From positions 9,154,004-9,218,003 of the forward strand of contig JAHRHZ010000074.1 of assembly GCA_024137785.1 (NCBI GenBank): DNA of 64,000 nt. The letters are read 5' to 3'. Both the position numbers and the translations under genes were made by a program. Under the pieces are notes generated by a model. The model saw only the letters and a program-made list of their open reading frames with translations, searched no databases and was not told where the DNA came from. The DNA is from Ginglymostoma cirratum. Its lineage: Eukaryota. Shown one piece after another: positions 39,550 through 51,954 of this stretch (position 1 is the first letter of the stretch; every line of letters starts with the position of its first letter).

Positions 39550-40405
39550 TGGCATGATCCCAGCTGATGTTCTTACAAAACTGCTAAGATCCCAGACTGA
39601 ATTCTTAATCGGGTAGACCATAGCTTGTTTAATTGAGGTGGTTTCTCACTGAGTTACAATATTGGAGATGTTGTTTCAACAATAAAAAAAAGTTAATAAG
39701 CAAAGAAAATGAAATAGAACAAACCAATCCTTTTTACTTATAACAAAAACAAATAGTTTTGGATTCACACTTGATGTATAATCCCATTAATCCCGAAACT
39801 GCCCTCTGCCAGTTTAAAAAAAGGTCCTTTGTACGATACTCACGCCAGGATCCCTTTCTCTTACACCTCAGTAGATTTTAGGTAGCTGTGACTAACTGTT
39901 GGCTGGAAATGCTGTTTGCTTATTCTTTGAGCTATCGTACATCTGAGTTTAAACAAATGCAATTCCAAGTTATTTTCAGTTTTTTATCCTAATGTCTCCA
40001 GTCTAGGGCCACCACTAACTCCTTACTTTAAGGAGAGCTAATTTGCTATGGTCTCTTCTTGGGTGCACTGCACTATAGATTCATCTCCACAAAAGAACTT
40101 CACAGATTCTCCAAAACAAAGTAAAACTAAAGTGAAAGTCTCAAAGTCTGAGTGTTTTCCTTGTGCTTTAAAAAAGACTTCTGAAACCTAGAAATTTCTA
40201 ACAGACCTTAATAAAAAGAGTTCGCTGTGCAAATGTTCATCCTCGACAAACTTTTAAAAGAAATCACTATGGCTACAGAAATACAAGTTAGGTATTAATT
40301 TCAGACACACAAAACCCATTTATAAAAAATAGGATCTTCATGGTCTAGTAAGAACATCGTCATCCATAACTGACACAAAAACACAAACGCTTATCTTGCA
40401 TCACC
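39550..40405 (-). mobile_element. Solo-LTR-like repeat, copy 3
   Basis: Collinear motif matches to 31593-32812; ends TGCATCACC. Confidence 0.55.
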
Positions 40406-40604
40406 TAGGAATTCTTTCCATTGTGCCTACATTGTGCTGTAAGATGGTCACTACAACTGCATTTGAAAATACATTTTATAACTCAAAATTCAAGAGAACA
40501 AACTTAAATAATATTTTTTAAGAATGTACAAATCAGATAGTTTATAGGGTCTATTTATTTTCTTCAAAATCTTGTGTATAGCATGTGCCTTCTATCCGTA
40601 GTCT

Positions 40605-40688
40605 TTTCTGAGGAAGGGTCATTTGACCTGAAGCGTTGACTCTGATTTCTCTCTGCAGATGCTGCCAGACCTGCTGAGCTTTTCCAGC
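40605..40688 (+). mobile_element. Solo PLE-terminal unit (family 2) with decayed hammerhead motif
   Basis: ttt-CTGAGGA-A-GGGTC ATTT GACCT-GAAG-CG-TT followed by CAGATGCTGCCAGACCTGCTGAGCTTTTCCAGC, as in 25685-25717. Confidence 0.75.
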
Positions 40689-40702
40689 GAGTGCACACTA
40701 TT

Positions 40703-41355
40703 TATTTATGGAATATGGATGCTGATAACTGGGCCAGCATATGTTTCCTGTCCCTAATTGTGCTTGAGAAAGTGTAGTGAGCTGCCATCTTGAACTGCTT
40801 CAGTTCACGGTGTGTAGGTATGCCAATAGCATTGTTAAAGTGTTCCAGAGTGTTAACCCAGTGACAGTGAGGGAATGATAACTGAGTTTCAAGTCTAGAT
40901 GATGTGTGGCTTGGAAGCAAACTTGTGTTGCTCCCATGTATTTGCTGTCTTTGACCTTAGTTTGAAAGATTCAGTTGATTGCAAGACATTCTGTACAGGC
41001 TACACACTACTGCCATTAAGTGTTGATGCTGGCGAAGCAAATGTTTAAAGGTGGTGGATGGATGTCGATCAAATGTGCTTTGTGCTAGATTCTGGCAAGT
41101 TTCTCCACTGTCGCTGGAGATACACTCACACTCACCCCAAAAGTAGACCATATTCTATTTTACTTCTAACTTGACGCTAGTATATAGTGGACAGGCTACA
41201 GAGAGTCAGCATGACAGTTACTCATCTCAGAACTCCTAGATCTGACCTGCTCTTGTAATCATGTTATTTTTATGACTGGTCCAGTTCAGTTCCTGTGGTA
41301 GCAGAATGTTGATGTTTGGGGGAATTCAGTGATAATGCTTCCATTGAAAGTCAAA
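40703..41355 (-). mobile_element. LINE 3' fragment sharing its tail with the 55.2 kb SINE family (related pieces at about 20010-20700 and 56730-56905)
   Basis: Minus strand LKQFKMAAHYTFSSTIRD; tail GGCCAGCAT..TCCCTAATTG.GCTTGA shared with the SINE copies. Confidence 0.55.
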
Positions 41356-41935
41356 GGAAAAAGTAAAAGTTTGATCTGACTTGGTTGAACTTCTGTTTGT
41401 CATACACTGGCTTCGTTCAAACTGAAACCTCTTTTGAATGACATTTTAAAGCATAAATTTATATGCAATGTTAATGCTCAAGCTCAGAGGACACATTTGA
41501 CTATTTCCAGATATCTGTAAAAACAATCAAAGTGGTTTTAAAATAAAATTATATAAGGAAAAGAGAAATCAAAGGAAATTGGCAACAGATCCAAATGTAG
41601 AAGATCTGTAACACTCTACAGACTAATGGATTGACCAAATGTAATTTTAATGCAGTTTCTTAAGAGATGATTTTTATTTCCAACATGTGAACTTCTCATA
41701 GCAGTATAAATCAAACAGGAGATGCAGGTTTCTTCGTGCCTGAATGTTTCAGTCATTTTGACCAAAATGTTGATTTCAATTCACATTGGTTTGTTTATTG
41801 ATGGCTTTATGAAATGTGGAGATAAACTGGGAGACTAGTGGCTGATTCTACCTGTTTTATTTTGAAAGACAGTAGCAATTAAAAGATGATATTAGGTAGT
41901 TAATTATATCTTTTTTCTCTCTCTATTACTACTAG

Positions 41936-42108
41936 GTGACTTCAGGATATAAGGCCAAAAGTGTAGCAGCTGCCCTTCCATCTCCATTTTTAGATCCAAT
42001 ACTATCTGTTTCACTAATGGAAGATAGTGAGCTAAGGCAACTTGTATTGCAAATTCTACATAGTCTCATTGATCGTCATGAGAACAAGGCAAAAATCAGA
42101 GGAATGAG
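41936..42108 (+). CDS. EFR3A: EFR3A exon 7 in window (173 nt): VTSGYKAKSVAAALPSPFLDPILSVSLMEDSELRQLVLQILHSLIDRHENKAKIRGM(R)
   Basis: actAG / GTAAAT; VTSGYKAK and LMED.ELRQLVL motifs. Confidence 0.95.
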
Positions 42109-43965
42109 GTAAATGCTTTTTCATTGGAATATCTTACTATGCATGGATGCTTATTACTTTTGTTCAGGCATGTATGCTCCACTTGAATGAGAAATACAGA
42201 CACTAATGTTAATTGTTTCCTAGCAAGGATCTCTTAAATGCGACTCCATTCGTTTTAAAAATACACTAAGAAAGGGATGTAGCAGTACAATTCTAGTTGG
42301 ATCCTTATATGGAGATACAAATAGCAAACTAAACTCTCTAACAGCACCTTCTAATCCGAATAGGCATGTGCATGCAAAGTCACTTCTGCAGATTGAATTA
42401 CTATGGAATTAAATCTATCCTAGCACTTATGGATGCTATAAAATCAATAGTTTGTTCTTGTATCATAGATTTCCCTAAAAATGATGTATAATTTCCTCAT
42501 ATACATTGTATATTATGCTGGCCATATAAGGTGAAGTAAATATGTAGTGTGTGGTAGTGCATTTTTCAGAAAAATTCTTGCAGTATAGATGGGTTTATTG
42601 GAGCTAGAGTTATAAGTAACACTAAAGCCTAATTGTATGGAATGCCAGTGTAAAATGTCAAATTTAATACCCAGCAAAGGTATTTTCATTGGAAGCACTG
42701 CTGTATTTTCAAAGTTATGCAGTTGAAATGTAATTGGTGCATTCTTGTGGATGTACGTTTCTGTTTCCATTTTGGCAATGCATGCAAGCATACGACCATA
42801 TTAAAAGGGAGCAGAAGTAAACCATTCAACCCCTCGAGTAACTTCGCCATTCACTAAGATCATGGCTGATCTATTTGTGTTTCGAATTTCCATATTTACA
42901 CCTGCTATCCCTCAGCCCCGATAACCTTTGATTTCCTTGCCTAACAAGACTGTATCTACCTCTGTCTTTAAAAATATTTAATGACCCAGCCTCCAATACT
43001 TTGTGGCAGAGTTCCTACGCCTCTTAACTCCAAGTGAGAAAAGGTCTGCTCGTCTCCTCCGAAAAAGTGATCCCTAATTTTAAAATAGTCATGTAGTTCT
43101 GGGCTGACCCATGAGAGGAAATATACTTTCCACCATCGCCTTGTCAAGACCATTCAGGATCTTAGATGCTTCACTGAAGTCACCCTCACTATAGTTATCA
43201 GACTGTTGAATGGATTGTAGTCTCAAATAATGTAACCTGTATGCCTCTAAGTCTTTTTGACCTGTACATCCTTTGCTTGTTGTGATCTGCCTGTACCACT
43301 CGTAGACAAAGCATTTCACTGTATTTTGATACACATGACGATATCAAAATCAAAAGTGGAAACAATCCCAGCTTGTGCCAACTGTCCTGAAAAGACTTTA
43401 TGGCCAATGAGGGAGTGCGACAAAGGTTCACACGACTCGTCCTGGGGTGACAGGATGGCCCAATGAAACAAAATTGGGAAAATTGGGCCATGTTCACTAA
43501 ATTTCAAAGAATGAGAAGTGATCTTATTGAAAAAAGCAATTAATGCTGGTAAGAAGTTTCCCGTAGTTGAGGAATCTGGACTCGGAGTACAATTTAAAAA
43601 TAAGAGGGATGCTACTTAGATCTGAGATGAAACAGTATTTTAATTAGTGGGTGAACAGTGGTATTTTCATCCACAGAGGTCTGTGGAAGATCTGTCTTTG
43701 AACATGTATAAGGTAAAGATTTGATTTCTGATTACCCTGTATGCCACTGGTAATGGGGATGGGGTGTTTAAAGGGCATTGAAGTATTCAGTCAGCTATGA
43801 TTGTATTAAATGATGGCAAAGGTTCACTGGGCTGAAAGACTTTCTCATGCTCTTTGTATTCCTAACCTGCTTGTTCCAGGTGTCAATCCAGTAAATTTAC
43901 TCTGAAATGCCTCTAATGTACTTACATCTTTTCTTAAATAAGGAGATTAAAACTACACAGTATTT

Positions 43966-44048
43966 GAGATAACAAGGTGTAGAGCTGGATGAACACAGCA
44001 GGCCGAGCAGGAAAGCTGACGTTTTGGGCCTAGACCCTTCATCAGAAA
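43966..44048 (-). mobile_element. Solo PLE-terminal unit (family 1) with hammerhead motif (GAAA mutated to AAAA)
   Basis: GAGATAACAAGG...GGGCCTAGACCCTTCATCAGAAA. 15-bp flanking repeat TACACAGTATTTGAG (43954-43968) / TACACCGTATTTGAG (44049-44063). Confidence 0.85.
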
Positions 44049-45165
44049 TACACCGTATTTGAGGTGTTTTCACCAAAAACTGAATTACAACATCCTTGCG
44101 TTTATGTTAAATTTCTCCTTGAGAAAGGATAGCATCCTATTACCTTTTCTTGATTACACGCTGTACTTGCATACTAGCCTTGTGCTCCTCATGTACTAGA
44201 ACACCTAAATTCCACTCCACCTTGAGATTCTGCAGTTGTTTAAGTAATACTCTGCTTTTTAATTTTTCCTATCAAAGTGAACAACTTCACGTTTTCCTAC
44301 ATTATACTCCATGTGCCAGGTTCTTGCTCACTCACTTGGCCTATCTCTCCGTCTGGATCCACTTTGTCTTGCTCGCAGTGTACTTTTCTACCTATCTTGA
44401 CATCATCTACGAATTTAGCAGGCCTTTGTTCCTTTAATTTAAGTCATTTCCATAATTGTAAGAAGCTGAGGCCTCAATGCAAAGTCTTGCAGGATTCTGG
44501 TCATCACATCCTACCAATCAGAAATGGCCCATTTATACATCCTATAAAGTTCATACCTTTTTATTTCCTCATTTTTGACTGTGAACTAAAAGAAGATACT
44601 GCTGTGAACTGAGGACGCTATGCAAAGAATGGCTGCAATTTTTAAAAAAAATTACTCAAGCTCATTGTGAGTTATGTTCAATGTTGCAATACGTTAGTTA
44701 CATGTGGTGTTTCCTTTGAAAGCATCATTCTGATTCTCTCTAGTTACCATGAGTTTTTCTTAGTGCATAGTTATAATCTCCTAAATTGATTCCAACGCCT
44801 TCCCGACAACAGTCCTATAGTTTCCTGTTTTACATCCTCGCCCCCTCTTCAAATAATGGAGTATTATTTGCTACTTGCCACTCTGATGGAACCTTTCCTG
44901 AATCAAGGGCATTTTGGGAAATGAAGATCAATGCATGAAATCCATGTGGACCAGAGACTTGAGGCTTTATTGCTTCCCTCATCATTGCAATTTCACGAAG
45001 TTCCTCTCTCTTTTCCACCTGCTGATTTACAGCTGTTACTGGAATGTTTTTGTTTCCTCTAAAGCGAAGAAATAAGCGAAGTATTTGTTCTGCCATACCT
45101 TATTATCTAATTTTGAACTCCCCATTCTCCCACTGCCAGTCTGGCAATCACTTTACCATTTTTGT

Positions 45166-45382
45166 CTGCAGATGCTGGAAACTGAAAAATCAGAAACTTT
45201 TGCCAAACCGGCTGGGTTTTTTCAGCATCTGTGGAGAAGAAAGCACAGTTAACGTTTCACGTCCAGTGACCCTCCTTTGGATCAGTTCTGAAGGAGGGTC
45301 ACTGGAGTCAACATTAACCCTACTTTCCCTTCATAGATGCTGCCAGACCTGCTGAGTTTCTCTAGCAATTTGTTTTTTGTTT
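45166..45382. mobile_element. Fold-back PLE-terminal element (family 2) with two decayed back-to-back hammerhead motifs
   Basis: AACGTTTC..TCCAGTGACCCTCCTT / AAGGAGGGTCACTGGA inner arms; outer arms CAGCATCTGTGGAG / TTCATAGATGCTG. Confidence 0.75.
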
Positions 45383-45613
45383 CCTTTTTAAATACGTCTA
45401 GAAATTCTTGCAGTGTCATTTCACATTGCTAAATAGCTTTCTCTCATGCTCTGATTTCTTTCTCTTGATTAACTGTTTGCCATTCTCTCCATTTCTTTAT
45501 ATTCTTGCCAATCACATGACTTGTCATTCATCATCATGCAGTTATATGCTTTTTCCTTGAGTTTGACGCTTTCCCTAACATTTTGAGGATGGCAAGTCCT
45601 CCCTTCAGAATGT

Positions 45614-46050
45614 AAACAAAAAAAAAACGCTTGAGAAATACAGCAGGTCTGGCAGCATCTATGGAGAGAGAAAATGAGTTAAGGTTTTGAGTTCAATGGC
45701 TCTTCTCTGGAACTGAAGATGTCTTCATGCTGTTGACAAAGATGGAGGGGGAGCAGGTGGAACAAAGCGCAAAACAAATGGAGGTGCTTTTGGAAGTAAA
45801 GGAGAAATTAGACGTCAAATAATTAAGGATAGATGTAAATAGTCGAAAATACATGATCTATGCTGACACTAAACCAGTCATAGCAAGACATTTAGAGAGT
45901 GGGTTGTAATTGAAATGGAGAGCCATGTTCATCCTCTGAAGTTGTTGAGTTCTGAAGGCTATAAAGTACATGAGTGGAAAATGGGGGGGCTGTTCCTTTA
46001 GCTTGAATTGGGCTTCGTAGGAACACTGAAGCAGGCCTAGGATGGAAATG
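45614..46050 (-). mobile_element. 3' fragment of a second PLE lineage (GIY-YIG C-terminus + family-2 terminal unit)
   Basis: The minus strand of about 45925-46050 reads ISILGLLQCSYEAQFKLKEQP-/-IFHSCTL*PSELNNF, homologous to MSILGLLQCHNDAT*RLQGQQLIF..GTLQPNGIN of the 11.3 kb PLE. It ends in the family-2 arm at 45614-45718. Confidence 0.7.
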
Positions 46051-46437
46051 TTTCACAGTAAGGACTGTATGATTCTGTGATCTTATGTGGACATACACAC
46101 CAAGGTCCCCCTGATCTCCAGTACTTTCCAGAGTTCTACCTTTCACAGTGTGATCTCTTGTGTTGTTGGCTGTCCAACTGCATTACTTTAACTTTTCTGG
46201 TTTGAATTCCATTTGCCACTGCTCTATACAGCTGGTTAGTTTTACCAAATCTTATATAACCTTCTGACTGGTTGTTTCCAAAATGTACCCTTAGAATCTA
46301 CTTCAAAAGTATTCGATGAACTTCTCCGTCAGGCTATTCCTGCCAATTTTCCAATTTACACGTCGATTAAAATCATATTGCAAGCTCTTTATTACAATTG
46401 TCATGACCATGGATCATTACCTCAGATCAACTATAGA

Positions 46438-46918
46438 GTCTTCCTTTTGTCCTGTTTCTTTGACTGGCATGCTGGTTTGTACCACTCATAGCAAGAGAGT
46501 TCTTTACCTGTGTCTGAGGGGTGATTAATGCATGAACTCTAAATTCCATCATGTGTTTTTAAAAGAGGACTGCTCCAGCTAAACAAATGACTGTCGATAT
46601 GAGTTCGTTGGTTGTTGACAGAGGAACCCTGTAATATCATATCTGTTGAGACATCAAGGATGCCTGGAAGAGATGGACTTAAAAGGGGGAAAATGCAGTA
46701 TGAACTGAACTGTAATCTCCTGGAGTTATCTCGGACTGAATGTGATGGGAGAAGAGTCTGAAGCCTGTGTCCTGGCCTTTTTTTTTAGCATAAGTATGCT
46801 GTGAAAATCACAGTAAAAGAACCACGCATTAATCACCCCTCAGTCATAGGTAAAGAACTCTCTTGCTATGAGTGCTCAAACCAGCATGCCAGTCAAAGAA
46901 ACAGGACAAAAGGAAGAC
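46438..46918. repeat. About 93-bp inverted repeat (46438-46531 / 46826-46918) with a 294-bp spacer
   Basis: GTCTTCCTTTTGTCCTGTTTCTTTGACTGGCATGCTGGTTTG...GGTGATTAATGC is the near-perfect reverse complement of the second arm (about 4 differences). Confidence 0.9.
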
Positions 46919-48381
46919 CCTTTCTCTGGTGGCTGGCTGGCAGCCACCATCCAAAAGGATTTCAACTGAACCGAAATCAGAAAGCAAAATCAATTCAAAC
47001 GGTCCATAAAAACTGATTTCTACGTTTTCATCTCTTCTGGGACTCACTTCTCATTTTTAGTCTCATTTTTAGTGTGTGTGTGTGTTGCGTGATTTAGTTA
47101 TTTGCCTTCTTAGTAATGAATAAACTCTTTTGTTAATCCATGGAAGCCGAGATAAATCAGCTACTTTTAAAACACAAATTCATTTGGTCTGGGAGAAATG
47201 TGCTCGAGAGGGGATCCTTGGTAAGTTAACTTTGAAACCAGTGGAGGGAGTAGGTGATAAAAGAAGGACAGTTTGTTCCTACTCATCTAGGAGTTTGACA
47301 GTTTGGGTTAGAACCTCTGAAATGTAATAACTTGTGTAACTTCATTTGGTCCTGGCACCCAATGTTTCCTCTTATACATTTAGTCCCATGCCAAAAGGAA
47401 CAATAAAGAAAGGGTGCAGATATAAAGGAATATGCAAAAGAAGCAAAGGGTAATGTGAGGAAAAACATCTATTCTACTCAGCTATGGGTATGGAATGTAG
47501 TGCCTGGAAATATAGTAGAAGTGGTTTCAGTTCAGGCTTTCAAAAGGACATTGCATGATTATTTGGATAGAAATAGTGTGCAAGGCAGGAGGTTGGCATG
47601 AGGTAATGCTGCTTTTTTGAAGAACTGATGCAGGCACAATGGGCTGAATGGCCTCCTTCTGCACCATAGTTACATATTTCTGTGATATTAAGTTTGTCAT
47701 TAGAGGGGCTGTAGACTACTTCCAGAAGTGACGTTTCCACCGTGTTCCTTATGTCTACCCAAAGCAGTTCTATGTCCTGACATCCTGAGGCAATGTCATC
47801 TCTAACTATTGTTCAAATGCAATCCTTAATTAGCAGTGCTATTTTCAGTCTTTACATAGCTTCCTCATATGCCCTGACCCAATCTTTGCCATGCTGCAGC
47901 CACGTTTCTGTAGCAGCTTATTTACTTCAAAGTAAACAAACTGTTATGAATACTACATGCATTCAGATGCAGAGCCTTTAAGTTTTGTCTTTTTGTTGTC
48001 CTTGTAATATGTAGTCCTGGTTGTTGTTGTAATCCTAGATTTCTCTAACCCTTATTTCCTATATTACTATTTTCACCTCCCACCTTGTCTCCGCTCTTCC
48101 CTATACCACTGCTGCCTACCTTTTATCCCTTTACTCCACTTTTGTTTGTTTATGATGTTATGGTTGTATTGGAATGACCTAGCAACAAATTAAATTTTGT
48201 TTTCTTTAATTTCATATAAAGCATGTGTACTTACAAGCATTACATCACTAACTTGTGTCCCTCCTTAAGTCCAATACTGTAAAATTATTTCAAACACATG
48301 TTTTGAGGTCTAGCATGTTGTTTCTGGTGTTGCTTTTCCTTGCAGTAGTATACACTAGTCTTACCATTCTTTTCTTCTCAG

Positions 48382-48457
48382 AATCATCCCAGATGTTTCA
48401 GCATTGAAAATAAAAAGAGACAAGAGCTCAAAGCAAGACATTAGTTTCATGAAAAAG
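48382..48457 (+). CDS. EFR3A: EFR3A exon 8 in window (76 nt): (R)IIPDVSALKIKRDKSSKQDISFMKK
   Basis: ttttcttctcAG / GTAATT; IIPDV..LKIKR.K...QD.SFMKK motif. Confidence 0.94.
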
Positions 48458-51400
48458 GTAATTAAAGATGCATTTGAGTAATCTCATTAAGATTAACTGA
48501 ACAGCTAATTTAAAATATTGAAGGAATGGTTGGTGTTTTCATTAGTTTTTCAATCCAAAAAACTGATGGGTTCTTCTGGTTCTTTAATTCGTTAAAGCCT
48601 AGACACTTATTACAGTTTCTCAGGTTAGTACTCAAATTCATTTGAGTTCTTAAAGTATTTTTTTTGCAAAACATTTTTTCTGCTCTTTTCTCCTATTAAC
48701 CATGTCTTATGGATTGAGTGTAGTTACACGAACGTTTCACAGTGCTGACAATTGGATAGAAATCAATGAATTATTACATTATTTTTAATTTTACAACATT
48801 GACTATTTTGTCAACAGATGTTTGAGCTGGTGTTTATACTGTACGGGAGCCTTGTTACATCTTACTACATCCCATCCTATTATCCACTTATTCCTATCTT
48901 ACACATGTACTTATCTTGTATATGATCTGCTCTCAATTGCTCTGTAATAGCAAATTTTGCATCCTAATCACTGAGGGAAACAATATATCCTGAATTGATG
49001 ATTATATTTGTTAATAACTACCTCTTTTACTTAAGGGCACGCAAAAGGGAGCATCTTTGCTGCATCTACTTTGTCAATGCTCTTCATAGTATTAAAGATC
49101 TCTTAGCGGGTTATTTCTCAGTTTGTTTACTTTTTGTTATAAAATCTCAGACAGCTGTCTAGTCTCTTGGTTGGCCTTTGAATCGTTCTGTTGCTTTCAT
49201 TGTCTTGATTTTCAGAAATGGCTTAATTTTTCAGAGTCCTTGCACAAGGTTCAAGCTAGCTGGTTCTATTATCTACCTTGTTACCAAACGGTATGCCAAT
49301 TCCAGTGATCAAAATTGACTGTCCTTTCCAAGAACAAATTGCTACAGGCAGTTCTATGGACCTCCGTGACAGACAGACAGACAGTCGGTTATATTTATTA
49401 GTGAGGGATCTGACAACAATTTTGCCAGGAGTCAGTATTGGCAGGCTCCCCTTTGCTTTATGTTTGAAAAATTATTTTCAGATATGCAATTAGGCTCTGG
49501 CTTTGTAACAGTTTATAAGTATAATGTGCTAAACTGGTAGTAAATACAGCTTTTGGCTGTCTGGCTGGCAAAGGGAAAAATCTATATCCCAGCTTCCTGA
49601 CCTCACTAACGCAGATGAATTGACTGTTTACGTTGTGGGGAGATATTATCAGATTCTCAATCATCTAAGGTTGAAGTTAATGGCCCGCAAATGAATCTTT
49701 GTTTCCAGGGAAATAAAATTCTGACATGGACAAAGGTGCATGCTGTTTTCCTGTCCAGTGAAATACTACCTATGGTCTCGAAGTTTGGTTGTAACATTGT
49801 TGAAATTTGAATTATTCATTACCACCCCAGTACTGTTTAGCCAGATCTTTTGTATTGCTGGCTGTAATGGAAATTCTGTTTTGGTTACTTTTACCTCTGA
49901 CACTACCTAACTGACTTAAAAAAAGCTTAGAATATTTCTGTTTCCCACTGATGCATTTATAGGTCGAATTTTACAAGTCCATGCAATTCCCAGGGTGACC
50001 TCAGTCCAGCTGTGGTCCATAAATGGCTTCCACTGTGTCTTTTTACGCCACTGTAGTCTATCCAGATCTCCCCTCATCGCCATGGGAAAACCCTGCTGTG
50101 TCCTGGAGTCCAGGACTTTGGGATCACTTCCCTTGGAGCTTTGAGGATCTATGAGGGTGCAGTGATCGCCAAGGATGCGTTCCTTTCCACCCCTCAAAGT
50201 GGCAAGGCTGGACACCCTGGCATGCAAGAAATCTTGTCCGTGGGAAATGAATCTTTCTTCTTGTATTGACTGTGATTTAAATATTGAGAAAGTATAATAA
50301 AAGGAAAAGCTCTACTTTTTTTTCAAACGAGATGCTGAACTGAGAATATTTCTGGGGACTCATTTTGAGTGGACATCTATGGTAGGCTTCTTCATCATTA
50401 ATTATGATCAGCTGAATATTTGTTAGACTTTTGATTATATACTTACAAAGCTGAATCTTGAGTAGCTAATAAAGATTAGTATATGTTTAACAAAGCAGGA
50501 ATTGGTAGGAATTTAGTAGTAATGGTAAGAAATGTTCATCTATCACGCTTAGAAGTTTTCCTGTTAAGAAGTTGACATTATAAGTTCCAAGTGTTTAAAA
50601 GCTCTGTTTTAACAGCACTGGATACATTTTATTTTGAAAAATGAAATTCAGGGAAACCTTTTTCCCATGGATATGGGTGTCACTGGCAAGGTCAGCTTTT
50701 GTTGCCCATCTCGATTTGCTCTTGAACTGAGTGGCTTTTCTTCGCTGTTTGGGAGAACAATTAAGGATCAGTCTCATTATCATAAGACTGGAATCACATG
50801 AAGGTCAGAATGAGTAAAGATGGTAGATTTCTTGCCCTAAGGGGCAGTTGTGAATCAGATGGATTTTTCCAGCAATCGATACTAGTTTCATGGTCACGGT
50901 TCCTGAGACTAGCTTTCAATTCCACTTATTTTTTTTCAAAAAGTTAAGACATTTATATATTCTGCACTTTGGTAATAATTCTCTGAAAAGTGCTTCACAT
51001 TTAATTCTGCGGTAAAACCTAATTTCCTCAGATTTCATGTTTTTTCATCTGCAGGCCTCCTTTTTATCATTTGCAGTGATTTAAACAAAACTCAAAGAAG
51101 ATAATTTGCTTGTGGCTTCAATTGTGTAAAAGGTCAAGGCATAATTGCTAGGTTGCTCAGCATAATGAGAAAAAAAATTAATTCAGATTTCTAACAAAAA
51201 TAGAATCTCATTTTGAAAATAATTAGAAGGCAACTGTCCAAAGTGATGAACAGTACAGGCTGTGAGAAGTGCAAATAATTTTCATCACCCTGTTTGGTCT
51301 TCCCCCTCCGTATTCTCAAATAAGCTTTACCTATTATTCCTTATTAACTGAGAGCTAATTAAGACATTTATTTATCTTGACATTAAAGCTTGTTCTGAAA

Positions 51401-51792
51401 AAGAGAAAAAGTACTGGTAGCCACAGCTGTCATGAGCTGCATCCATGAATGTTCTCAAGAAGTACAAACACAAATAACTAAGGTTTTATTTATTCTTATT
51501 ACCACGTTGAAACTTGTTGACTCATCATACCTCAAGAGTCTTCAGAGGATCAAATGCTCCAATCAAACAATGCAGAGCTGTACCAGTTAATTGTTGGTGG
51601 AAGAAATTATTTAGCAGTTGAAGTTTGGATTTAGTGTACTTTTCAGGATAGAGAAACTTTTGAATGATCAGAAATACAGGTGTGTCTCTTCTTGGATGAC
51701 TGTATTAATTGTTGTCAAGCACATATGATTAAAGCCTGTTTAATTTTTTTCTAATCAAACTGACCTTGAACTTTATTCTTATCTGTTTTCAG

Positions 51793-51954
51793 CAAGGACA
51801 GCAGTTGTACAGACACATTTATATGGGTTGTAAAGAAGATGATAATGAACAGAAAAACTTTGAATCTCTTTTTGTTGCTCTTCTGCTCATCACCATTGAA
51901 TTGGCAAATGATGAGGTCATCATAGACTTGATTCGGCTTGCTCTTGGTATACAG
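51793..51954 (+). CDS. EFR3A: EFR3A exon 9 in window (162 nt): QGQQLYRHIYMGCKEDDNEQKNFESLFVALLLITIELANDEVIIDLIRLALGIQ
   Basis: ttttcAG / GTACTG; GQQLYRHIY.GCKE and ITIELAN.EV.IDLIRLA motifs. Confidence 0.96.

Larger units (their letters stand above)
42790..47990 (-). mobile_element. Fragmented CR1 LINE cluster hosting several nested insertions
   Basis: CR1 tail at 42790-42870; QNALDSGKVPSEWQVANNTPLFEEG at about 44840-44930; endonuclease remnants at about 47700-47990. Confidence 0.65.
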
